This document shows, in pieces, positions 19,924 to 32,021 of a stretch of DNA of 38,272 bases. Within the stretch, counting starts at the first letter, position 1. Every line of letters starts with the position of its first letter. The DNA is taken from positions 1 through 38,272 of the forward strand of contig JALAGF010001130.1 of assembly GCA_030167865.1 (NCBI GenBank). Reading direction: 5' to 3'. The DNA comes from Craspedostauros australis. Taxonomy: Eukaryota. The notes beneath the pieces were generated by a model, which had not been told where the DNA came from, searched no databases, and saw nothing but the letters and a program-made list of their open reading frames with translations. The position numbers and the translations under genes were made by a program.

Positions 19924-20403
19924 ATGTCGACGATCCTCAAATCCGCGGCGATGTCGCTGCTGTCCAAGACCTTGCAAACCTTCCTCTACAAGTACCTCGA
20001 AGATGTGGACGTGGAAGGCGTTGCGCTGCCGTCGCTGTACACATCGACCGGATCCACGAGTGGATGGGGAGTGCGGCTGTCGAACGTCAAGCTGCGCAGC
20101 GGAGTCACGTTGATGGAGCAGCTGCCTGGTCAAGGCCTGTCCCGCAAGCGAAAACGCAAACGAATGAAGGCGAAACGGAAGGAGGATGCGTCGCAAACAG
20201 TACAGCCGATGACCGGCGATGCTGATCGGGCATCAAGCGTGGTTTCTGATGTGGCGCGTAGTCGGCATGGCAGTGCAGGTCAACTGAGTGGCGCTGCGAT
20301 GGAGGAATCCAGCTGGAGGGGCAGCGATCTGGGCGACGAGACATCGATTCACATAGATGCATTGCACAGGCAGCAAAATCTGAATGATGGCAGTCAACAG
20401 CAA

Positions 20404-20453
<50 letters not shown>

Positions 20454-23400
20454 ACAGCAGGAGGAGGAGGAGACTGAACAGGAGGAACAGAGGCAGACAC
20501 CAGCATATGAGCGTTCCAGAACTGTGTCGACCTACTACTACAGCAGCGATGAAGAAGATGGGGCAACAACTCCCGCAACGCCAGTGCAGGATTCCTCCCA
20601 CTTCCTGTCGTGCTTTGCACGCAAACCGTCAAAGGTGGAGAAGGATAGATTGTCGCAGTCGGAACGCAACTTCTCACCAGAAGCTTTGCGAGGCGATGAT
20701 CCTGACATTCGAGAGAGGGTCGCGATGAGAACCAACTCTGAACGGGACTTGGCGACGTACCGCACGCAGCTGAATGCCAAGTTCGACGAAGCTGCGCCAT
20801 CCACAATTGTCACAGCCGGAGAACGATCTTCGCGACTGGATAACGAGATGCCGCCCGATATGTCCGAGACGTCGGACTTCACCTTCGCGCAGCAATCATC
20901 TCACAATCTGCCAGTGGAAGCCTCGGCTCTCCACCCACCTGCAGCTCACGTGAATCTTCATCCGCACCATGACATAGATGGGGGATATGGCCACAACCGA
21001 GTCAACAAACACGGCAATCATAGCGACAGCGACAACGGTGGCGAGGATGTGGAGGAGGAGGAGGAGGAAGAGTACTGGGAGGAATATTTCCAGCCAATGA
21101 AGCTGCAACTTGGAGAAGCAGGCCGAATTGGCATCATCGACATCCGGTTGATCAACAAGGAAGTCCATGTCATGATCGAGGATGCGGAGCTCGCGATCGA
21201 TATAGTTCCCGCAGACATTACGAATCAAGACACCGCCAGTGCCAATGCCGATACCAACGCAAACACAGCCACGAATGATGCTTCCTCCAGCGAACATCAC
21301 ACCGCACAATCCAAGCACTCTCGAACGAGTGCACAAGACGACGGCAACGAAATGCAAAAGAACAAGAACGACACGTCCACCGCAAGACAACGGTCTTCCA
21401 GCAATCTCGACAAGGACGCAGCAAGCAAGAAGAACGCCAAAAAGACGGCCGCACAACAGAAACAGCAGCAGGAGCAACCGGAACTCAAAACGGTCGGCGA
21501 AAGGGTCATGGCCGGCATCGCGCTTGCGAAAGCCCTTTCCCTCATCCCGCATCTATTCCTGCGCGACATCAAAATCAAAGTCACCATCAAGGAGCCTGCC
21601 GATGAATGCCAAGACGATGGTCCACAATCAGAGGAAGCACAGACGAGCCGGCAGCACAATGATGCCTCAGGACAACCCGGTCAACCTCCACCATCCAACA
21701 GGCAGACCGAAGAGCAGCAAACTACAGAAACGCAATTCGAAATCGGCATTGACTTTCTGTCCGTCACCAGCAGCGACGATGTCCTCTCCCATTTTCAAAC
21801 CGAACCAGATGAAGACGAGGATGACGACAGGCGCGACGAAAATGAAACGAATTCCGCTCCGCCATTGTCCACCATACGGTCCTACAGCGCCGTCGAGGAT
21901 GGGAAGTGGGAAGAGAACGACTATGTCATTCGTCACATCCGAACGGGCAGAGGCCCAGCAGGGGGTGTGTGGCTCCGAATCCTACCTCCGAAAATCAACG
22001 AGCCTGTCTCGCCGGGATTGGTGCAACGAGACCGTTCCAATTCGTTGTGGGCTCGCAACAGATGGGTGCTTGAGACCGAGTACTTCCTCTTCCGATGCTC
22101 TGGCGTCGATCTGCACGCGCGCATCTACGTCGGCTCAAAGGCTGACGGGACATCATCATCGTCGTGGTTCTACACGGAGGAAGAGGATGATGCGACCTAC
22201 GAGGAATCCTTGGATTCCATGATTTTGGGGATCGACTTTGTCGCCCCTGGCCCGCAGCTTCCCCTTCCTCCGATAAACTCGAACGGAGTCAATCACAACG
22301 CATCGCCTGGAAAGATGGCGGATGCGAAACCGCCAATATCTGCGGACAAAGACTATTTCGAAGACAACGAAGACATACAGGGGTCGCGCGATCCAGAGTC
22401 CGGCATGTACCACAGGGACAGGAATGGCATCCTGAGCTGCAACATGCCCAGCTCCTTTCATCGCATCTCCAGAGATATGGTGCCGGCCAAATGCCCAGGC
22501 CACCACCACTTCCCTCATGAATTCTGCGAGCATTGCTGGGAGACGACGAGGGTCGACGACAACGACACCAACAACGATAACATCAAGTCCTCGTCGCATA
22601 GTCCGCTGGATTTTTACACGCCGATGCCAGGCCTCGCCTTCCAACTCACAGTCCGAGATCCTATTGAGATCAATGTCGATCGTGCATCGCTGGAAAGCGT
22701 CCAGCTTTTGGCAACTCTCTTTTTGAAGGAGAATCAGGCGAACAGCAACGACAACAGCGACAGCAACAGTGGCAACGATAACGACAAGAACAGTGCCTAC
22801 AGAGATGGTCGCCATGATGGAAAAGACGACAAGGGTGCAGCGGCCGAACACGGCGTTGCCTTATCTCATGATCGTTCTTCCGCAGCAGCTTTCGTCGATG
22901 GAAATGATCAGCAGCCAAGTGCGGTAGCACAATCCACAGCGTCGTCAACCAAGACGGCACGAAGCTCTGGCTATTTCAGCCGTCTCTTCTCCTCGCAGGA
23001 GGAAGACGTGGAAGAGGAAGACACCTCGGAGGCATTCCCGATATACATGCAGCCTGAAAACATCCAGGTTATCGGAATTCATGTCCTGCAAGTCAACTTC
23101 CGGGTCCACATGATGCGAAAGCAGCAATATCCAACCCCGTCGCCATCAGCAGACACAGGACTATCGTTCTGCTATTGGGATCTCGACCTGCAAAGCATTT
23201 CAATCGACCACCAGACCCTGAATTCCGCCGAGAAGATATTTCAGGAGAACTACGTCGAAATCGGCAATCTCTGTCTCACTGAAATGAAGGGAACCGATCG
23301 CAAGACGCTCGCTTCGTTGGGCCTTCCGCTGCCATTGCGAGGGCGGTGCGACTCCGCTGCCTCTCTGGCAAACTCCATCGAGAGTATTCACGATGAACTC

Positions 23401-24411
23401 GGTCAATCCAAAGCTCCGTGGCCGACGACTGCGAGCGTGCTGTTGAATCTACCCCCGCCCTTGGAAACGCTAGTGTTCCGTTCGAGAGAACGACATGCTC
23501 TTCAGATGCGTCACAACCAGGTGATCGAAATGCAACAGCTCCCGCAGCGTATCCGGGCTTCTGTCAACGTGCGGATCGGTGCTTTGATAGTGGATATGTC
23601 GATGGATGTTGGGCAAGAGATAATGGCTGCTAAGGACGAAGCAATCGCATGTCTCTTACCCTCCCACCGAAATGGACTGTCCACAGGCAGCGGTCATGCA
23701 CAGGGCAAATCGTGTCGTAGCGGTGGCAAAATAGAGGCCGCTCGGAGCAACACCGACACAGGCATGGAAGCCAACGACACGGTGCATTCGACAAAATCGT
23801 CAGCAACAGCAACGACGCCATCCCCAACCAACCAGGGTGCTTCCAAAATCCCCTCGTTGCTGTACCACAAGGTACAGATTGACAGCGGTCATATCCACAT
23901 GTCGCCAATGATTGACATGAAAGTCCCGCTGACCCAATTTTCAGGCGAGCAGTCCTCTGATTCCGGTCCATTCATCGAGACCGTGCTGGAGAAGATCCAG
24001 TTTTCCTTCGGCAAACCTTCACAGCAACGCAACGAGCAGGCACGGGCACAGACGCGAAAACAACTGACGCTGAGACAGCTTGCGGAATTGCCAGAGAGCG
24101 TGCGGATGCGGATCATCATGTGCATCCCTGATCTGGGACCATTCGAGAAAGCGATGGGGATAAGGAAGGAATCAAATCCATTCATGAAGTGTCGCAAGCT
24201 GAACAAGGCCATCGTGAAGAAGGCCAACGCTGTGGTGCAGCAAATGAAGTTGCCGACAACTCTCAACCACCCGGCTCCCGGCCGATCCAAACGGAAGGAG
24301 ATGCTGGATGCGCTGATGTCCCTCGACGACGATGAACTGGAAGAGCTCATGAAGATGCGGCAGCAGCGGCGACAGCAAATGCAGCAGATGAAATCGGTGA
24401 CAAGGAGGTAG
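19924..24411 (+). CDS. Chorein-N (VPS13/ATG2/BLTP-like) domain protein, 1495 aa
   Basis: The first ATG is at 19924. MSTILKSAAMSLLSKTLQTFLYKYLEDVDVEG...GVRLSNVKLR resembles the chorein N-terminus. After a long insertion the domain appears to resume at MKLQLGEAGRIGIIDIRLINKEVHVMIEDAELAI. Alternating hydrophobic beta-strand-like blocks and disordered linkers follow. The coding call is strong; the family call is moderate. Confidence 0.72.
20395..20460 (+). repeat. CAG/CAA trinucleotide repeat encoding Q22
   Basis: CAA CAG CAA (CAG)5 CAA (CAG)5 CAA (CAG)4 CAA CAG CAG in frame. Confidence 0.95.
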
Positions 24412-24629
24412 AACGAGAACGAGTACGAGTACGAGTAGGGAGACTTTTAATGGTCTACAAGTGTGGTGCACTGGTTTCCCACAGCGCTGTTAGCACGTAG
24501 TCCCAATTTCAGATGGAATTGTCTGGGTCCCCCTCTCCTCCCCTACTATACGTATGTATGTATGCTATTCCTCTTCCCTCGACTTCGCACCCCTTTGCGC
24601 TCGTTGGCTCTTCTGATTCTCCGTGATGC

Positions 24630-27600
24630 TCATGGACGTGCCGAATCATGATCGGGGAACGCTACGAGGATGCTGTCGCAGTTGCTGGACATGCTGTCGC
24701 GGTTGATCGAGGCACGAGTACGAGACTTCGGCGAGCCCAACGAAGAGGAGCTCTGGTGAGACTCACGATGAGGATGCGATGACGTCCCATCCTGGCTGCT
24801 GCTATTGTTCTGATCCGATGCGATCTTCTCGAGCATATCCTTCACGATCGTCTTTCCCCGTGTTGCCCATTCCCGGCGGTTTTCCAGAGCGTAGATGAGG
24901 TACTCTTCCGCTCCGACCCCAAACACGCCGCAATCCTTCAGTTTCTTGGCCAGCGGGATGATGTAGTTGTCAAAGAAGCCCAGTTCGCCGAGGTACCAAT
25001 TCTCCGATGGGTCCTTCTGCGATCGGCCGTTCTTGAATGCGAGGTGCATCTCCATGAAAAGACGTTCATTCCATTTCTGGTAGATGTGCCAGTGCTGCAT
25101 CGTGTGGGCGACATCCGAAGCCTGGATGAGATGCTCGATGACGATTGTGGCACGCCGATTCTTGTCCATCTGCGTGTGCTGACATTGGTGCGTGTTGAAG
25201 GCATTCTCCCATCGGGTCTTCCGCAGGGCTTGCAATTCCTTGTCGAAGATATCTGTGGCCAGCACCGTGTTCACCAGCATCTGTCGGAAACGACGGAGTT
25301 CCGTCGTGTTGCGGTAAATGCAACGGCGGAGATCGATGAATCGAGATTCCATGAGGATATCCCATGCCAAATCGACCGAATTCTGCTCCGCCACGGACTT
25401 GTTGTCATACATCCCGGCCAACCTGGTGCTTTCCTTGACCAGGAGGAAGTTGGGGACTCCAGCATGATCCACATCATGGATCAGTGCGGACAGAACCTGA
25501 ACGGCGGTGTTGAGAAGCGAAACCGATAGCGCAACGGATCGAGATCAAGTGAGTGATTGAGTGAGTGAATGAAAAAACGCAGGCATCAGACACAAGATAC
25601 CCAAGTGAACAGAAGATGAACAGCGCAGCCATAAGTGGTTGGAAGGAGATTTGCAAAGACGTACCACGGCGAATTGAGTGAGCGGGTCGCTGGTGATGCC
25701 GTAGGTGTGGTCATGAAGATTCTGCGCCAGATTCTTGTCATGCTCGTCGATGTCAGGTGCGATAATGCGGGACAGCAGCTTGCTGACGGACATTGTGACA
25801 TGGCCGGCATGCTTTGGAAATCAAGGACGAATGGTACAGAAGAGTTTGGAATTTGTGATTGAGGAACGAGCGCAAGAAATGAAAAAGAAGATGGTGAGAT
25901 GACTGCGCTCAGAGCCAGGAGCACCAGCACGTATGGCAGGTATCAATCGAAAAATCGGAATGGCCTCAAAACTCCGTTTCCACATGGCAACGAGACGCAG
26001 TAAGGGACGCACACTCGCCATCGGTAGCGATGCGTCAAACTATCGAACTCACCTCGAAGTTGTGGAAAGGATTCTGCCTGTACATCGCTGCGATGCTGGC
26101 GACGTAGTCTCGGAGCTGCGACACCACGGCTGGGGGTAGCGTGACGCTTGCCGGATCAATTTTCCGTTTGGTTCCCTCCTGGCGAAATTCGGGGATGCTG
26201 ACAACTTCGACGACTTCGTTCAGTGTCATTCCCATCTTCCCGAGCATCTCCTCGGTTTGCTGCAGAGGGGGCTCGGCGGAGCTGATGTGAGACATGTTGA
26301 GTCGTCGTGCCACAACTCGTCGAAGCAGTGACACAAGAATATCAACATTCCACACGATCAAACGATCCAGCTTCGGTGTCATCTGACAACGCGAAGGAAG
26401 ATGGCGGCCAGGTTGGCTGCGACGAGTCTCTTGCGATCGGACCAGCGTCGATGAATCTTCGGCCTTCTTCGCCGTCTGTTTCAGCCAATACGTTTCCATC
26501 TCGCCCTTGCCCTTGGCCATCACCGGAACATCCCTCTTGACCAGCCAGTGACTCTTGCCAGCCTTCTCGAGCAACGCTGCCGTATCGGATGAAAGGTGGA
26601 CTCGTTCTGGTTTTCCGGTCGATTCCATTCTGAGGCAGGCACGAAGGTGATTTGTCGGTTTAGTTCAAAATTGAATGGAGTGAGAGAAAAAGGATCCATT
26701 GGACGACCACGGCAGATACATGACTTGATTGATTGATGGATGGATAGCTCGACGAAGGTGGACGTGCACCTCATTCTTGAAACAAGTGTCAGAGAAGGAC
26801 CGACTTACCTTGCAGCCGTGTTGACTGTGTCCCCGAACAGTTGGAATCTGGACTTGTCACCTCTCAGAACCCCAGCTGTGACAGGTCCAGAGTGCAAGCC
26901 GAACCTCATGGTGAGGTCGCCTGCCATGCGCACAAGCAAAGTAAAACAAAGGGAAGCGAAAGTGAAGAGTTGAAAATGGAGTGAAAGTCAAAGTGAACGT
27001 TAGCGCGAGATGTTCCAGAGTGAGGCATAAGATAAACAAGAGGCTGACGATGGACAGCGGACAACGGACAACTGACAATGGGCGAAGGCAGAGCGTATCC
27101 GCGTTGTGTCAATCAACAAAGGACTTACCTGTGTCTGGCCCCAAGGTGACTTCGAGTTGATGCGTGATCTGCTGGACACGGTTGTTGCATTCCCGAGCAA
27201 ATCTTGCCATCGCGACTGCGTGGTCATCGCGAGGTTCTGGCAATCCAGTCACAGCGACATAACAATCTCCGATGGTCTTCCATGTTGAAGAGTGGCGAAG
27301 CAGAACGATTGAATAACAGTAGGGAGGGAGATACAGGGTGCAAAACATGAGGATGGGATGTTCGACACGGCATTGCGTTGGAAAGAAGGCGTTCAGCCTT
27401 GTGGAGACTCAATTTCAGTTTCGAATTGGAAGAACGAACATGCTGCCCCATCGTTGTGCAGCTTCTGGGATGCAACGAGAGCTCCAACTTACCTCCACCT
27501 TGAAGACGTTGCGTCTGAACCAGTCATGACGGGTACGATACGAGCACAAGCGAATTTCGTAAAATGTGAGCAGGTGCAAGAACGCAATTGGGGTCCCAAA

Positions 27601-30593
27601 TGGAGCAAAGGATGCTTGATTCTACACCGCAACCGCACATCTCAAGGCCCCAACACTTGACTTACCGTTTTGCAATCTGATCAAATGCCGTGTACACGGT
27701 CTCGAGAAGGGTGAAGACCTGTGCCGGTTCTCTCACGGAACTCCAAGCAGTGAAACTGAAATGGGACAAAGATGAATGCATGTCAGCAAAGGCATGTGCG
27801 ATTTGTGAGCAATTCATGGATGTGGTTCTTAAGAGTGTCATCCGTGTTGCATAGGTTGGTGCGCAGATAGGCAGGCGGACAGGCAGGCGGAGTGGGCACG
27901 TTCCTGCCATGATCCTTCCTTCATGACATCAATTTGGAACGAATGACTTACCCGGAAATATCTGCAAACATGACCGTCGTGTGTGGAAACTGGAAGCACC
28001 GATTGTCGGCGTGCATGTATTTGGATGTGTATGCATGTATGGATGGGCGGTTGTGTGTGTGTGAGAGAGGATGGTGCATGTCAAGGAGAACTTCACACAT
28101 TTTACATCCAGCTTTCAGTCGAAGTTACAGTTGCAGTTTTGTAAACCATCGAGCCAGCGCCGTGGCGGTACCTGCAAGGACTTACGAGGTCGGCAATCGG
28201 CTTGGTGTCATACATGTTGATTGCGACGGTGGTGTCATTTTCGTTGGTCGCATCCTCCTTGGCTTCATCTTCGTCGTCATCGCACTGGTACTTCTTCAAG
28301 CGAAGTTTGGGACCATTATCGAACAACCCGCTCGTCCTCATTTCCTTCTCTTGCTTCTCTTCATTCTCGTCGTTGTAGTGGTACAGACGATCGCGGATTT
28401 CGGCCGGGAACAGAGATGATACGATCGCTCTCGACTTGAGCGCCTGCACAAGTCGAGGGGAGTGAATATGTTGGCATTGTTGGCAGAGACAGTAGAAAGG
28501 AGGCGACAAGTGATGGACAGCAAGGCAAGGGGAAGGATCGAAGGTTAGATATCTGATGTGTCGGAGGGATGCGGCCCTTGGTGGAAATGGTTACTCGTGT
28601 TTTACACTCAATCAGACACGGGATGAGTACGAGAATAGTGTTTCATACAGTGTTGCGTGCGTGTATTCGTGCAGTGCCATGAAATACTTACGACGTCGTG
28701 CACTTTCCGCTGGCGTCTCTGGACCAAGAAGTCGTACAGCACGAACACACTTGATGTGAAGAAGAAGATCAGGACGATGATGGATGTGAACGTGGCGGCG
28801 TTGCCAGTTTCATACTTGCTCTCCAGGTGTCGCGATGGGTAGATGTAAATGTCGATAAAAGTGCTATTCAGTTCACTCGGCGACAGATTCGCACTGTTTT
28901 GTCGCTCGGTGGAGCTCAGACCCCTGAAGACTGTATGGCATCCCATGTCATCATACGTCGTGTCGTGCAGATCCCCTTTTTTGCGCCAGAGAAAGTGTGT
29001 TGAGTATCATCCGGTGACGGAGACGATTTTCATGGTCAAAGTCAAACCAAAGAACAATGGATTGAAGTGAGGTGACGCGACGCGAACGGAAAGAACTGCA
29101 TCGGCTTGCATCGATGTCCATGAAATGGTCACAGCAAAGCGCGATTCCACATCTCACTTACCAGGGCCAAGGTACGTTTCCTCTGCTCCATCGATACGAT
29201 ACGTCCACAGATCACCACCCAGGGTCTCCAGAACGACGATGATACCCGTCGCCCCAGGACCCGTGAGATTCTTGAGGTAGTTGTGCCACGGGACACTGGC
29301 GATGATTGATCCGATGATCGGTGCATCAGGATCGTTCACAGCGAAATCACGGTACACCGGCTGGATCAGGAGGCTCTGGGGTTCCTCGTCCAAGAACCCT
29401 CCTTCTCGGAGTGCCTGGAGGCCGAAGAGATCCACCGTCTCGAAAACAGGGGAGGCCTGTAGCCTTCTCGTTTCGACGGCTGTGTCTAGAACCTCTCGGA
29501 AGATGGGATGTGACATCAAATCCAGATTCACGACACGGTCCGTTTTGGGACAGTGGGCCAGCTGCCACAGCGGTGAAACGACATGATCCCCACACACATC
29601 GCCACCTTCTGTTGCTGCTTGCCGTCCATCTTCTGTGTTCACGAAGACGTATTCGACGATTGGATCTGGCTCGACGTCTTCTCCGCCGGGCCCATGCAGC
29701 CGCCAAGATTCTTCCATCCAGCCTTGGTGAGTGACGGAGTAGTTGTTCCACGCATCAATGTCTTCAAATGCGACGATGGGGGAGAACGCCAACAGATTCG
29801 ATCTGGAAATATTCCGAAAGTCATGTCCGATGATTTCGAAGTGGGGGATTGTGATGAATGGTACTTCGATGGAGCGGTCCAAGACGTACGAAGTGGTCTG
29901 ATGGGCTGTGCTTTGGATGATGTCCACGAACCCATTGAGGCTCGCCGTCGCTGCAGCCGCGATTTCGCCTGCATAGTCATTGAACTGTGGCGTGCGCGAT
30001 TGCGGGTGAAGAGTGGGGTCGCAAGGTGTTCCCATTGTTCGGGCGGGCCAAAGTTCCCACAAATTCGTCAAGACAAAGACAGATACGCAGGTCAGCAAGG
30101 GTTAAGATACGACCATGAGGCGCAATGGTGAATCTGCCACTGTTGTGCCCGTGGCTGTCAAAACACACCGTGCCACGGTTACAGAGCAAGAACTGCCCTC
30201 GTTTCTCATGCATCCAATCTGGTCAAAGGCTCTTACCTGGTTTTCAAAGTCCTGGTGCTCTTCTCTCTTGATGAGGACGTAGGTGAGGCTGCCAGCGATC
30301 GCCGCGCAGGACAGCAACACGAAGAGGACGCAGATCCTGGAATACATGACAGCCCTGCTTTCGCGCTGGTCGAGCTCCTCCTCTTCCTTCGTCTTCAACC
30401 TCCCATTGTGCGTGCCGGATGTTCTGGTCGTGGTGGATGCCGACGAACTGCCACCACTTTGGGATGCATCGACAGAGCTGGACTGCTTGCTGAGCTGTCC
30501 TGCAGACCTCATGCTCCCAGTATCGGAATCATGCGGATCATCGCTCGAATCAACGTCGTAGAACGTCGTCGCTGTCGCAGTTTGATCGTTCAT
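24630..30593 (-). CDS. Receptor-type class III nucleotide (guanylate-like) cyclase fused to class I cyclic-nucleotide phosphodiesterase; 12 exons, about 1240 aa
   Basis: Manually reconstructed exons (minus strand): 30593-30237, 29984-29162, 28975-28692, 28443-28186, 27989-27952, 27755-27666, 27514-27493, 27276-27129, 26920-26809, 26629-26053, 25811-25665, 25496-24630. All introns are GT-AG, phases are compatible, and the total is 3723 nt. The architecture is TM1, CHASE-like extracellular domain, TM2, cyclase (TVMFADISGFT, VFKVETIGDCY, MRFGLHSGPV, RFQLFGDTVNTAARME) and PDE (NPFHNFEHAGHV, IHDVDHAG, LATDI, QASDVAH, GFFDNYIIP). Confidence 0.92.
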
Positions 30594-32021
30594 GGTGACG
30601 ATGGTGCTGATGCGAATACCGCTGCTGATGCTCGCGTGGCTGATGGCGTTCGTCCTTGGATTGTTGTTCGTTGTGTGGTCTCGCTCTCGCTTTCGCGTTC
30701 ACTTTCACTTTTGTGGTCGTTGACTTTGATTTGGTTTGCGTTGAATTCAAATTTATGAGCCAACCAATGGTGCAAAAGGGCTCCTCGTGTTTCCCTCGCC
30801 GTCGATGGACGCGCATCTCGTCTTCCTTTCTGCACGATCCCCATGCCGACTGCACTACCAATACCAAACGGATGAGACGTACAAGCATCCCATGCGTCCA
30901 AAGCATCAACGGGGCGGGTCGGGTTCGGGCGAAGGCCCATTCCCCAATGAAGGCTTCAACGACCAGTCGATCCTCCGAGGCATAAGAAGGCGACATGGGC
31001 AGCGGAGGAAGAAATCCGAATGTTCAACCTCGATGCAAACAGAAGCGCAGCAATGGCTCAGCGGTTTGGCGACTCAACAAGCGCGTGATGATGCATTCGT
31101 GGACATGGAAGAGAGCAATGAAATTGATTGCCGTTGGACTGGCACGATCGTGTCAACGAAACACTTTGGGCGCAGCAGCTGTGACACGCACACAACGTTG
31201 TGTGTGGTGTTTGTGAAGTGATTGGGTAGAATTGGATCATCACTCTTCAGCGTCATGGGTGGTGGAGATTGACGACACGCGTAGAAGATGCATGGCCCTT
31301 GCTTGCTTTTCAATCGTCCGAAGCGAACTCCGAGGTATCAAAACCGAACCAATGTGGCAAAAGAGGTATCGACCACCGATGCGATTCCATGGCTGCTGAT
31401 GTGGCCCAAACAGCCGTCAGACGAGGGGGTTCTGGAGAACAAATGCCGCTGTTCGCTTTGGCCAGAACAGGTCCTCGACGTTTGTTTCGAGGGTGCATAG
31501 CTCATCTCCACCATCTTCTGTGGAGAGTACATCATTTTCAGAATGCTGCCGATGACGCAACAAAACGTGCGCGATTATGAATACGAATGCGCTCAGCGCA
31601 CATCATGTCTGGGCGGAGCCTCATACCGCAACTGATTTCCCACCAGGAGCGATTTTGAATAGCACAAGTCATGACGATCCACACAGTGATCCACGCAGAG
31701 ACTGCTCAGGACGACTTCGCGAGCAAAAAGGGCGGATGGGGACAACGGTCTGAAATTGTGTTGTTTGCGCTGGTTCGCGCGAAAGGCGTGACATTTTGTG
31801 AACGACTGTATAAGTATTTTAATCGTGTATTGACTCATCAGAATGAATCCACTCCCGAACTCTCTGGATTTTGGTGAAAAATCAAGGAAAGGGTCGACCA
31901 TGGCGGAACAGCTTTGCGCGAGCCGTTGGAATGGCGACATCTTTTCGCACACTGTGACAACAAGGACAACAGCAACAGACAGCGGCTGCTGACAAAAATC
32001 ACAATTCCGAACCAAATCACA

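Noticed and set aside
25497..30236. Introner-type mobile introns in the cyclase-PDE gene
   Set aside because: No shared sequence or terminal repeats were visible among the 11 introns beyond splice signals. A genome-wide search would be needed to revisit this.
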